A stretch of 64,000 bases of DNA from an uncultured Nitrososphaerales archaeon (GTDB lineage: Archaea > Thermoproteota > Nitrososphaeria > Nitrososphaerales > Nitrososphaeraceae), in NCBI GenBank assembly GCA_963709405.1, contig CAVPXM010000030.1, positions 128,001-192,000 on the forward strand, given 5' to 3'. Under the pieces are notes generated by a model that worked only from the letters and a program-made list of their open reading frames with translations, did not search any database and was not told the DNA's origin. This document shows, in pieces, positions 1 to 10,676 of the stretch (its first letter is position 1; each line of letters begins with the position of its first letter). The translations under genes and the position numbers were made by a program.

Positions 1-448
1 ACGAACGGACTTGGATAGATTCGTATTGCCTCATGATTGTGATTGTAAGAGTACCTTAGGCTGCTCTAAATGCAGAGTATTACTATCATTGGATTCGGTA
101 GCCATTGACAAAACTAAGGTAGTCACGTCTAGTGAACTTGTATCCGAGGATGAGATAGTAAAGCCTCTAAGCACGGAAATCCCTATTATCGTTCTTGCAC
201 CTGCTCAGAAGCTCAAGTTCGAAGCCTACGCTAGGTTAGGTTTTGGAAAGGATCATGCAAAATGGCAGCCTACTTCAGCATCAGTTGTCACCGATGGGAA
301 AGATGAAAATGAATCTATTTTAACAGTTGAGACGAATGGCGCATTAACAGCGCAGGAAACGATTACCGCTGCGATTAACACGTTAAATTTAAAAATAAAA
401 AATTTTGCTGAGATCGTCAAATCACTAGAATTATCCAAAACAATTTGA
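1..448 (+). CDS. rpoD: DNA-directed RNA polymerase subunit D (5'-partial)
   Basis: Cys cluster CDC..GCSKC, 'KLKFEAYARLGFGKDHAKWQP' and 'VETNGAL'; heads the rpoD-rpl18e-rpl13-rps9 operon. Confidence 0.95.
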   Translation, partial: RTDLDRFVLPHDCDCKSTLGCSKCRVLLSLDSVAIDKTKVVTSSELVSEDEIVKPLSTEIPIIVLAPAQKLKFEAYARLGFGKDHAKWQPTSASVVTDGKDENESILTVETNGALTAQETITAAINTLNLKIKNFAEIVKSLELSKTI

Positions 449-485
449 ATACATTTATTTATGATTAAATACGATTGACGACTGG

Positions 486-842
486 TTGCTTATGATTACA
501 AATAGTAAATCAAGCGAAACAACGTGGATACTTCGAAAGGCTTTCAAAAACAAGAGAGCACCAATTTGGAAGCATCTCGAAAATGAGCTTGCGAATTCGA
601 GATCACACACAAGTGAAGTTAATATTAGCAAGCTGTCAAATGTTACTAACGAAGATGAAACTATTGTTGTTCCAGGTAAGATTCTCGGCTCTGGAAGAAT
701 TGGTCATAAACTTACTGTATGTGCCTTTTCGATGTCACAGAACGCTGCAAAAAAAATAAATGATTCAGGAGGAAAAATCATAACCATTGAAGAGCTCACT
801 GAATCCTGTCCCGAAGGTAAGGGGGTCCGCATAATTGGTTGA
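486..842 (+). CDS. rpl18e: 50S ribosomal protein L18e (ATG at 492 is the likelier start)
   Basis: 'EVNISKL', 'VVPGKILGSG', 'GKGVRIIG' motifs; operon position. Confidence 0.96.
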   Translation: MLMITNSKSSETTWILRKAFKNKRAPIWKHLENELANSRSHTSEVNISKLSNVTNEDETIVVPGKILGSGRIGHKLTVCAFSMSQNAAKKINDSGGKIITIEELTESCPEGKGVRIIG

Positions 843-1308
843 AGAACAGCTCGAACTTAAAGAAAAGGGAGGTTTCATAACCATTGATGTTGCAAATTGC
901 ATTGCTGGTAGAATTTGCTCTCGTATTTCAAAAATGTTGTTGCAGGGCAGGATGGTTTCTGTTGTAAATGCAGACAAAGCCATGCTATCTGGGAGCAAGT
1001 TTGCGACAATAACGGCATATAAGAAAAATCTTGAAGTAAGCTCTGCAACGAACCCGATCCATGGTCCATTTCACCCTAGAAGACCAGACACAATATTGAC
1101 TAGAATGGTTAGAGGAATGCTTCCCAAACGTAAACCAAGTGGCAAAGTTGCGTTAAAAAAATTACGAGTCTATAATGGCATTCCGGAGAAACTCAAAAAA
1201 ACTGATATTGAAACATTTGATGATTGTAAAATCACCAAGGCATCATCATATTATGTTACTATGGGCGAGATAGCTAAGGAAATCGGATGGAAAGGGTTTC
1301 TAAGCTAA
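835..1308 (+). CDS. rpl13: 50S ribosomal protein L13
   Basis: 'GPFHPRRPDTILTRMVRGMLP' signature. Confidence 0.97.
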   Translation: MVEEQLELKEKGGFITIDVANCIAGRICSRISKMLLQGRMVSVVNADKAMLSGSKFATITAYKKNLEVSSATNPIHGPFHPRRPDTILTRMVRGMLPKRKPSGKVALKKLRVYNGIPEKLKKTDIETFDDCKITKASSYYVTMGEIAKEIGWKGFLS

Positions 1309-1751
1309 TGCATAAAACAGATCTCTATCCCGGACAGAGAAAAACATGCCGGGCCACGGCTACAATCTCTAAGGGCAGCGGCCGAGTGAGAATTAATAAT
1401 ATCCCAGCGGAGTTAGTAGAACCAGAAGTTGCAAGGGAAGTAGTATTAACTCCTTTGAATCTAATAGGAGAATTAAGGAATAGATTTGATATTAATGTAA
1501 AGGTGCAAGGTGGAGGCTTCATGGGTCAGGCTTTTGCAAGTGCGGTCGCAATTTCTAGAGCAATTACTGGAGAAGGAAAGGGGGGTAAGGACCCAAGAGA
1601 TCACCCTTTGTCAAAGAGTGTCAGAGAGGAAATTCGCAAAAAAATTATTAATTTTGATAGACACTTTTTGGCTGGCGATCCAAGACAAACTGAATCGAAG
1701 AAATTTGGCGGTCCCGGAGCAAGGCGTAGAAAACAGAAATCCTATCGTTAG
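1308..1751 (+). CDS. rps9: 30S ribosomal protein S9
   Basis: 'VQGGGFMGQA', 'KKFGGPGARRRKQKSYR'; TAATG overlap with rpl13 stop puts the start at 1308. Confidence 0.97.
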   Translation: MHKTDLYPGQRKTCRATATISKGSGRVRINNIPAELVEPEVAREVVLTPLNLIGELRNRFDINVKVQGGGFMGQAFASAVAISRAITGEGKGGKDPRDHPLSKSVREEIRKKIINFDRHFLAGDPRQTESKKFGGPGARRRKQKSYR

Positions 1752-2311
1752 AAGGTTCCATTTATCCTTTCATTTTGTCTTATCGCCATCATTTATGAAG
1801 AATGTTAGTAGAAATAAGAGAAGTCTAAACGGTTCTTCTATGTCTGATTACCGATATATGACTTACCATTTTGACGACATATGATTGTGATCTCAAATAT
1901 TGGTCATAGATAAAATGTAGACTACATTTGAAATATTGAAAAAAAGGCTATATGTGTATCGTAAATTTCTTTGGTATGACATTACTCAGAACGAGTCAAT
2001 TTTTGCAATAGAACCTGGTTTCAGACTTGAGAACAAAATATATCAATCTCTAACCTGCAATCTAGGTGTACAAATTTTTGGCCGATGACACGACATGAAT
2101 CTCTGCCATTATTGTGAGCTGTCTACTCCTTTTTATTTTATTCCTTCTCAATCTTCAGCTGCCGGATCTAAGTGAGACCTTTGTTGGATGCGTATGAAAT
2201 CTAGACATTAATTAGCAACGAATAATCTTGGTAAATTGTAGGATGGTGATAATCTATAGTGCCATTTTTTTACATTTATAATGATATAAATGTCAAGATA
2301 TAAATAATAGG

Positions 2312-3617
2312 ATGACAATAAGTTACAACATGAAGCAAGATGTGCGAATGATCCTCATTCTTACTGCTATAATCCTGACTGGAACGATATCGGTCGTTGT
2401 GATATCACATTTTAATCAAGCACAGGCACAAACACAAGAAAATGGCGCAAATGGACAAATTGGGAAAAGCGTACAACAACAATCTCCGTCTACTCTTACA
2501 GATATTTTTAAAAGGGTTGAAAATTCTGTAGTACAGATAACAACTACCAGAAGCGATCCGAGTCAGCTTATAATAATAAATGGCGTCCCGTCGACGGGAA
2601 AAAATACTGCATTAGGTTCTGGGTTTGTACTTGATAAGCAAGGACATATCTTAACTAATAACCACGTGATAGATGGAGCGACCAAAGCGGATGTTACTTT
2701 TGTTGATGGAAACACTTACTCTGCTAAAGTGATTGGAAAAGATCCATTTGGTGACCTAGCAGTGTTGCAAATAACGGATAACTTCTCAGATGAAAAACTT
2801 TTGCCGCTGCCTGTAGTGAACTCCTCTAATGTTCAAGTAGGAGAACAACTCATAGCTATAGGAAACCCATTTGGTCTTAGCGCAAGTATGACGACAGGCA
2901 TAGTAAGTCAATTAGGTAGGCTATTACCTGATAGTCAAACTAGTTATGCTATACCGAATACAATTCAAACCGATGCTGCGATAAACCCCGGAAATTCAGG
3001 AGGCCCATTACTTAATATGAAGGGTGATGTAATCGGAATGAATACTGCAATATTCTCAGAGTACTGGTGCTTACTCAGGTGTTGGTTTTGCGATTCCCTC
3101 AGAGAGCATTATTCGTGAATTGCCGTCACTAATTAAGACTGGTACTTATGAACATCCATGGCTCGGACTAGCTGGTGGGAAGATACCAACAAGTTTAGCA
3201 AAGAGTATTGGACTATCACCAAATTTCAAAGGCGTGTTCGTGACTTCAGTCCAAGATGGTGGTCCCGTGGGAAAAGCTGGTTTGAAAGGTCTGATCCAAG
3301 ACGATAATGGAGATATCACAAATGTTGGGGATATTATTAGTGCAATTGATAATCATCCTGTGAGACAAATCGACGATATAATTAATTATATTGAACAACA
3401 CAAGAAGATAGGTGATAATGTAAAGTTAACGATAGAAAGAGACGGTAAGACGATGGATTTATCAGTACTTTTGCAAGCGCGACCTTCTGTTCAAGCATCT
3501 GCAATATCTCAAGATTCAACAGCTCGACCTCAATTGCCGTTTGGGTTAGGTCCTTTACCGCAACTACCAAAAATCCCTGGGCTTCCGGAGCTTAAATTTC
3601 CGCCACTACTTCCTTAA
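2312..3617 (+). CDS. htrA: HtrA/DegP-family serine protease with PDZ domain; one frameshift near 3059
   Basis: N-terminal TM, 'LTNNHV', 'DLAVL', 'TDAAINPGNSGGPL'; alternate frame continues 'STGAYSGVGFAIPS' into the PDZ ORF 3120-3617. Confidence 0.92.
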
Positions 3618-4824
3618 TTTTTTAGAGGTAGGGTTTAGTAAAAATATTTACGCAACACAAAAAAATACTATAGTCGTTAAGTATCTAAATAGATGCTAAC
3701 CACATTAAAAGAATATGCATAAAAGGCACAATCCAGATAATCTCCACCGATATCTTTAGGCCCATCGATTCCGCAATGTATTTATTTTTCAACACAATCA
3801 ACCACCTTCGTTTATCATAACACCAAATTTGTGTCATTGTACGAGTGTCTCCTAATCTGCGAATTCATCCTGAGGTTTACTACAATATGATCAGCCCTAG
3901 GTTCATACTATCACTTCTAGAGGCGCTTGTCTGAAGCTAATGCATCTGGTCTTGACTTTTGAACTGCCGAATGCGATAGTAAATATGGAATCACATTAGT
4001 CTTGTCATAGATGACGGTAATAAATTAGGTTAGACCTAGCCCAAAGATAATAGTAAGATCAATGTTAGCTGATCTTCCCATATATTGGTGTTATTTATTG
4101 CTAATCGTGAATATATATGACAGATTCATTTAATCATTCTTTAGTCTTATAGCTATATCATAATTTGTGATAATATAATAAGAACTTAAAATATGATCTC
4201 TTCGAAACAAGTCATAGTTATAGTAATAAAAATCTCGAAAAGGATCGGTTAATGACCTTTGTGGCATAGCAGCACCATTTGTTGTTGGGTCCAGGTACTG
4301 TACCTCTATTGGTCTGAGATGTTTGGGAGCATGCATATTGTCTGCAGTGTATAAGAATGATAAGGAAAGCTATCTTGATGTTTGGTGTAATGTCGTAAAC
4401 TGGGACGACGTAGCTCAGCGATGCGCTGAGGCACGAATGTGGAATTAAAATTTTTTGCCTTTCGTTGTTCTGCGTCTACAAACGTTGGATCCCTAAAATG
4501 AGATCACCAAGTCATTCCTAATCATCAATCAAGATATTACTAAAGGACTATTCGTACAGAATTCATATCGGGGAAAAACGAGCCGGGCATGACAGGAATT
4601 GAGAACTAGTACCGAACCGTAGATCTAGATAGCCGCATAATGCGGGCACACATTCTTCAATTAAAAAAATAGACCGTTGTTAGTAAAATTAAAAAAGAAG
4701 CTATTTCACGATGTTATACATTGATTGCGCCTTGATAGTTTACAGAAGAGGAAGACTTGATAGTGGCCTTAGCTAGAAAGAGAAAAAAATCTACATTGAT
4801 ATATCAGTAGACGAGAGTTTAGGA

Positions 4825-5877
4825 TTGATGGCCTTGACAGATAGCAAATTTCCATTCATACAGTTACAAAATTTGGAGAGTGTTGATGATGACATAACGA
4901 GTGAAAAGTACGGTTACTATCCTGACAAAAGGCCAATATCTGACTTATTTCAGTATGGGGTAATCTTGTTAGATAAACCACCGGGTCCTACTAGCCATGA
5001 AGTTGTAGCTTGGACAAAGAGGCTTCTTGGTATTGAAAAAGCAGGACATAGCGGTACTTTAGATCCGGGTGCAACGGGCCTTTTGCCAGTAGGATTAGGA
5101 GAAGGGACCAAGGCTCTCGCTGCGTTGCTTCTCGGGCCGAAGGAGTACTATTCTTTAGCACGCTTACATGCCCACGTTTCTGATGATAAACTGAAAAGTG
5201 TTGTAAAAGAATTCGTTGGTGAGATTTATCAAAGACCACCTCAGAGATCATCAGTAAGACGTGCTACTCGTGTTAGAATGATATATGAATTAGAAGTCGT
5301 TGAACAGTTTGATCGTCTTTTATTAATGAGGATCGTTTGTCAAGCAGGTACATATATACGAAAGATTATTTATGACATCGGCGAAATTTTGAGCCCAGGA
5401 GCCACTATGATAGAGCTTCGCAGAACTAGGGTTAGCAATTTTTGTGAGAATAATGATAAATTTGTAAGGTTACATGATCTCGCTGACGCAATTCAAATTT
5501 ACAGGGAAAAACAAGATGAAGTAAAGCTTAGGAGAATGATTAGACCAGTTGAACAATGTTTGGAGTTAATACCTGCAGTTATTATTCGAGATACCGCCAT
5601 AGATGCCTTATGTCATGGTGCTCAACTTGCACTTCCAGGTATTTTGGCGGTTCCAAAGGTTCTTAAGATGCATGAACTCGTTGGTATCTATACTCTAAAG
5701 GGAGAAGTAGTGGGACTGGCCGAAGCTGCAATGTCAATTCAGGATATTAAAGATAGTGTAAAGGGAATAGCATTTCACGTGAGACGAATCATTATGAAAC
5801 CAGGTACTTATCCAAGAGCATGGCGTTCAAATGTTGATAACAAAGATACTTATGTACGTAATACTACTATAAGCTAA
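4825..5877 (+). CDS. cbf5: H/ACA RNA-guided pseudouridine synthase Cbf5
   Basis: 'DKPPGPTSHEV', 'GHSGTLDP', 'QRPPQRSSVRR', 'CQAGTYIR', C-terminal PUA domain. Confidence 0.97.
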   Translation: MMALTDSKFPFIQLQNLESVDDDITSEKYGYYPDKRPISDLFQYGVILLDKPPGPTSHEVVAWTKRLLGIEKAGHSGTLDPGATGLLPVGLGEGTKALAALLLGPKEYYSLARLHAHVSDDKLKSVVKEFVGEIYQRPPQRSSVRRATRVRMIYELEVVEQFDRLLLMRIVCQAGTYIRKIIYDIGEILSPGATMIELRRTRVSNFCENNDKFVRLHDLADAIQIYREKQDEVKLRRMIRPVEQCLELIPAVIIRDTAIDALCHGAQLALPGILAVPKVLKMHELVGIYTLKGEVVGLAEAAMSIQDIKDSVKGIAFHVRRIIMKPGTYPRAWRSNVDNKDTYVRNTTIS

Positions 5878-7007
5878 CTACTTGATTAATATCAATATTA
5901 TTGGGGAGAAATCTAATGCAGCGTAATACTTTTAATATTTAGTACTCTTACTATTTTATTGACAAAAACAGGATTTCTCGTATTGCTTTGTGACTCTGAC
6001 GTCATCAAAGAATAATGTTATTATAGTATTTTGAATAAAATTATTTTATATAATTACTAGAGGTGGATAACCGATAGTCAAAACTTTTCCTCCAATTTTT
6101 TAGTAAGAGTACTTGCAGATATATTCCTGTCTTGATTTTTACATTTCATTCTCATTTCCAGCAATATTTCGCTTTTCCACTTCTATCATAGACACTTGGT
6201 ATAATAGGATTATTTGAGCTGCGTCATACAACTCTATGATCGATACTCTAGAGGAGAATTATAAATGTCAATTTAGCTTATCGAGGTCTGTTATACACGT
6301 AATGTAAGTCGCGGCGATAATAAGTTGGTTAATTAGTCGCCATCAGAAAATCGAAAATAATGAACATAGGCTTGTTCCAAATTCGTTCCAATAAGTTTAA
6401 AATTCATTGATAATTTAAGCACTTTTCCTGTCTTCGCGATCCGCCTAAGTTGATTTACAGTGCTACCTATCAATTAACAATTTTATGACTGATCATTATA
6501 TATTCCTCCATATGACTTAGTTATGCCGAAACGATATGTTACCACTTGAACAGCCCTGCACCTAATTCAACAATAATTGTAGTGATGGGGTATAGGCTAT
6601 TGCATAAGCGATAGTACTACAATGAACAATTCAACTAAAATAATACACCTAATTTATGTATAGCATCTTCCTCCAAATATGATCGTTAATCGGTCTCTAC
6701 TAACACAATGGATCAGACGTTAATTACTATAAAACGATCGTAATCGTTAGCACTAATTTATGCAATCATAGAATTATATCGTGTCCATAATCATTTACAA
6801 CTTAGAGTTGCTTTTGGATTTTTGAGGGCGAGACGAACGCTAAAATAACAATTTGAGTGTATAATTTATCATACGTACATAGATGTTACCAAAATACTCC
6901 ACCAAGATTACATTGAATGCTTCATAATAAAAATTCGAATAAAACGAATATTAACTACTTACCTATCGTATATATTTGATAATTCTGGTTATACCACAAT
7001 ATCGAAT

Positions 7008-7187
7008 ATGCACCCAGAAGATCTTAAAATACTATGGATATGTGTAGAATGTATGCAAAGGTTCATTTTTCACTCTGATTTGGAGGATCACCAACTTCAG
7101 ACCGGTCATTTTGCTATAAAAAAATATGATTTAATTTCATGTGAGATGGTTATTGGATTGAGTAATCGAATTAATGAATGTACGTAG
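7008..7187 (+). CDS. 59-aa C2H2 zinc-finger protein (below the ORF-track cutoff)
   Basis: Translated by hand: MHPEDLKILWICVECMQRFIFHSDLEDHQLQTGHFAIKKYDLISCEMVIGLSNRINECT; fits C-x2-C-x3-F-x5-L-x2-H-x5-H. Confidence 0.75.
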   Translation: MHPEDLKILWICVECMQRFIFHSDLEDHQLQTGHFAIKKYDLISCEMVIGLSNRINECT

Positions 7188-7282
7188 AGCCTTAGCATAT
7201 TAATAGTAAAAAGCCGTAGTTAAAAATCACGATATCTTGTTTAATGGTTAATATATCGAATTTGTTACCAGATGTTACGTCT

Positions 7283-7380
7283 GCCGGGGTCGCCTAGCCT
7301 GGGAGGGCGCAAGCCTGGAAAAGTATCTTGTTAGCTTGTGATCTGTGAAGGTCTCGGGGGTTCAAATCCCTCTCCCGGCG
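7283..7380 (+). tRNA. tRNA-Ser(GGA) with ~12-nt intron at canonical position 37/38 (7321-7332)
   Basis: Acceptor GCCGGGG/TCCCGGC, anticodon stem CAAGC/GCTTG with CT-GGA-A, long variable arm, T-loop GGTTCAAATCC, discriminator G. Confidence 0.93.
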
Positions 7381-8089
7381 CCTAATCTTACATGAACAAT
7401 TATGCTATACTGTAAAAATAAATTTTTTCGATCAACGTCCTTAACAGGAATTACTTTTCAGTATCTACTAACTATGATAACTAAGTGCAATCAACTCTGC
7501 GGTATCGTACATGTACATTATTTTGACTTTAGTGGTGTAGCTCGAATTAGCAGTATTCGCCTAATATCCAAGTAACCACCTTAGTAACACACATGGGCAA
7601 ATGAAACTTTAAGAAAGGCCATTTTATTAAACAGAAAAAAATAAGCTTGAGCAAAAATAAGATAATTGAAGGTTTTGAAGCGAACTGCAAGCAAATTGTT
7701 CGGTGAGCTGCCGTACAAGATAGTAGTGGGGAAATAAGAATCCTAAGTAAATAATTATTAACAAATGGATTAGAAACATATCTACAATATCATTATGGTA
7801 ACACACAAAAATATAAATTATTTTTGTTGTGCAATATTTAATTTAGTCCTAATTTTGGTTATGGTGTGGTCATATTATCTATTCTTTCTGCAACGTATTG
7901 CAGATAAATACCTAATTATGGTAACAACTAGAGTCTCACATAACAATTACATATTCACTTGTGACAGAAAATGAATGATGGTCTTAGCGATGTTGATAGA
8001 GAGACTGAGAAACGATAAGTTGCTGATGTTATTGCTAAACAGGCTACTTCACTACGTACCATAATATCTTCTCAGATGTAACTATGTTT

Positions 8090-9913
8090 TTAGGGTAATC
8101 CAAATGCAAGTATGGAACCTTCTTGCCTAGAGCTATTTTTTGACTGTATTTGAATCTTGTCTGTTGGTACAAAAAGCATTCCATTTCCTATTGATGGTCC
8201 AACCTGACCTATTTCAGCGTTAATGTTATATTCCCATAACTTTTGACCATTTTCCTTGTCCAATGCTAAAATAATACCAGACTTTGTTGTTGATACATGG
8301 TGATTAGATCTTGTTTTTTCTGTAAAATGAATGTAACCCGTAAACACAATGCCATTTGTAACTAAGGGGGAAACTCTCGGCGGAAATTCCATCGGCACTT
8401 CCCATTTAAGTTTACCGCTTCTTAAGTCGAGAGCAGCTATTGTACCGTTGCGTAATCCTAGCTCTATGGTATGTGGAGCAGATAATCTGCGTCCTGCTAA
8501 TCCACTATCTGTGAAATAATTCAGCCCTCTGTTCGTAGCGGCTATATACATTGTATTTTCGCTGTCTACTGCATGATAGTTAAAAATTCCGTAAGACCAA
8601 ATGTCGCCGCTACCATCAGGTCTTGGAGTTGCATCTGTATTATATTGTCTTCCTAAAAGCTTCCACCATACCTCTCTTCCAGTTGCTGCATTCATTGCGA
8701 TGATGTTCCCCATCTTGTCATGACCTATAACAATTTTCGTTTGTGTACCATTATCGTAAGTTACCTTGCTGATACTACTTCCCCATGAGGTATCCCAGTC
8801 GTGCGTATCGGGAACTTTTACATTCAGAACAGTTCCAGCGGCTATGAAAGGTGTAGCCCAAATTATCTGCCCGTTAGTGATTTTTATGGCCATCATATGG
8901 TTTGAGTAAAGATCTCCGTCCTGTCTTGTTGTAGCATTAAAGTTTGGCGATGCACTACCTAGCGGCATATATATAATACCAGTTTCAGGATCCAGAGAAC
9001 CACCAGACCAATCGTTTGCTCCAGAGTTATAACTAGGCGCTGTAAGTGGATTAACCCATTCTCCTGTGGTAGTGTGTAGATTCCATATAATTTTACCATT
9101 AGTACCATTAAGTGCTGTAATGTTTCCTCTTACCGTTCCAACACCATTAGAGACGTCACCGCCACCGGCTGAACCTACTATTACATAATCTTTCCAAACG
9201 ATAGGGTAAGTAGGAATATTGTAGCCTGTTTTAGGATTACCTAGAGCTCGTGACTCCCAAATAATTTTACCATCCGTTGCATTAATTGCCACTACTGTGG
9301 CGCGATATGCAGTGGCTGCGTATATCATTCCATTGTTAAAGGTCAGACCCATTGTGGGACCACTTCCTATTTTAGACTTCCAATGGACTTTACCAGTTAC
9401 AGTATCAAATGCTATAACGGCGCCAGAATTATCTTGTACGAATCCTTTATTGTCTATGATTATAGGTGGGTCCTGTATTTCTACATCATTAAACAGTGTC
9501 CATTTAACCTTTAACTGCGACACATTTTCCTTGCTGATAATTGTCTGGTTACTGGATCTGGTGCTGTAGATATCATGATTGACGGTTATCCAGTTGTTGT
9601 TATTTTTTGTCTCAATACCGGTATCCGAATCAAATTTCCTGGAATGATAACCCATAGTATCGTCATTATCGTGTGTATGTAAAGTATGGCGATCAACGTA
9701 TACACTCGTCGGATTAGTCAGTTGTTTTAACGAGCTCTGGTTTGCCATAGTGTCTGTTGATTGTCGTTCTTGTTCGAACTCCATGGCAGAAGACAAGTTA
9801 AAAGTAACCAAATTAGATGGAAAGGCCAGTGCTATTATCAGAATAGAGAAGGCATTTATCAGCGTGAATTTGAAGACTAGCCTATGACAAAGCACGTTTA
9901 TAATGTATTTCAT
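8090..9913 (-). CDS. Secreted PQQ-dependent dehydrogenase-like beta-propeller protein
   Basis: Signal/TM helix; repeated 'A.D..TG...W' docking motifs; 'VRGNITA', 'DWSGGSLDPETGIIY', 'DTHDWD'. Confidence 0.85.
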   Translation of the reverse strand: MKYIINVLCHRLVFKFTLINAFSILIIALAFPSNLVTFNLSSAMEFEQERQSTDTMANQSSLKQLTNPTSVYVDRHTLHTHDNDDTMGYHSRKFDSDTGIETKNNNNWITVNHDIYSTRSSNQTIISKENVSQLKVKWTLFNDVEIQDPPIIIDNKGFVQDNSGAVIAFDTVTGKVHWKSKIGSGPTMGLTFNNGMIYAATAYRATVVAINATDGKIIWESRALGNPKTGYNIPTYPIVWKDYVIVGSAGGGDVSNGVGTVRGNITALNGTNGKIIWNLHTTTGEWVNPLTAPSYNSGANDWSGGSLDPETGIIYMPLGSASPNFNATTRQDGDLYSNHMMAIKITNGQIIWATPFIAAGTVLNVKVPDTHDWDTSWGSSISKVTYDNGTQTKIVIGHDKMGNIIAMNAATGREVWWKLLGRQYNTDATPRPDGSGDIWSYGIFNYHAVDSENTMYIAATNRGLNYFTDSGLAGRRLSAPHTIELGLRNGTIAALDLRSGKLKWEVPMEFPPRVSPLVTNGIVFTGYIHFTEKTRSNHHVSTTKSGIILALDKENGQKLWEYNINAEIGQVGPSIGNGMLFVPTDKIQIQSKNSSRQEGSILAFGLP

Positions 9914-10261
9914 TCGAAATTAATAGTTATTTTATGGAGATAAAAATATGCCGTAAATTATCATAAAGTTTCTTCGACCATCTATTAAAGAATGTATGAC
10001 ATAAGACGATAGATATACGCTAATGCAAGAAGGTCTTGGAGTCAGATATAATTTTGATCTGTTGTCCCTTGCTTCGTAATTCCTAAAAGAAATCGATCCG
10101 TATTCCTACCTTTCACCTCTTCAATCATTTCTTCTTGAGGAATTAGTCGGTAAGTAGTCTTTCCAATGTTTTAGGGTTCTGTGCTTTTATCTATAGCAAT
10201 ATATATTACATCGATCGTAGTCGTGAAATCAAAAGTTAAGCAAAGGCATAAACACCGGGCT

Positions 10262-10501
10262 ATGTATTCCATAAATGTGCCTAAAAAAGACAAAATCGAT
10301 CGCAATACGGATTCATTACATTTCGATGAAAAAACTTCGAAGGAGTTGACTGAGTTAGAAGAGATTAGTGCCAAATTAAATACTTTAATAGACGTGCTAA
10401 ATGAGAACGGAGTTATAAATAAAAAAGTGTACGAAAGGACTTTGGCAATGCGTTTACATGAAATTTCGAAAGCTACTGTGTTTGTAGAAATGAGCGACTA
10501 A
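10262..10501 (+). CDS. Small hypothetical protein
   Basis: Charged helical sequence 'LNTLIDVLNENGVINKKVYERTL'; ATG at 10262 preferred to GTG at 10181. Confidence 0.6.
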   Translation: MYSINVPKKDKIDRNTDSLHFDEKTSKELTELEEISAKLNTLIDVLNENGVINKKVYERTLAMRLHEISKATVFVEMSD

Positions 10502-10676
10502 ATCTACTTTAAATCGGCGTCTTATCATTTAAAAGATTGGAGTGTGCATTATGTCTTTAACGTATCATGACAATACTTCTTTCTGATAGATGCTTCGGAA
10601 AAGCTCTGCCGTTTCGTTATTGGCTTAGATTACTTTATACAAAAATCGCCTTTTACAATCAGTCCATCGATCGATT

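Noticed and set aside
1913-1929. Palindrome AAATGTAG-A-CTACATTT
   Set aside because: 8-bp AT-rich arms, ~380 bp from the next start codon; plausible by chance
3050-3125. Programmed frameshift between the HtrA protease and PDZ parts
   Set aside because: No slippery heptamer; the shift falls inside the conserved protease C-terminus; similar indels occur throughout
4385-4435. Two short hairpins (GTCGT/ACGAC, CTCAGCG/CGCTGAG) with GTAGCTCAG upstream of cbf5, as a tRNA or H/ACA RNA
   Set aside because: No T-arm, acceptor stem, K-turn or correctly placed ACA recognisable; an Infernal search would be needed
7283-7380. tRNA-Ser as attachment site of an integrated element
   Set aside because: No duplicated tRNA 3' end and no integrase seen in the window
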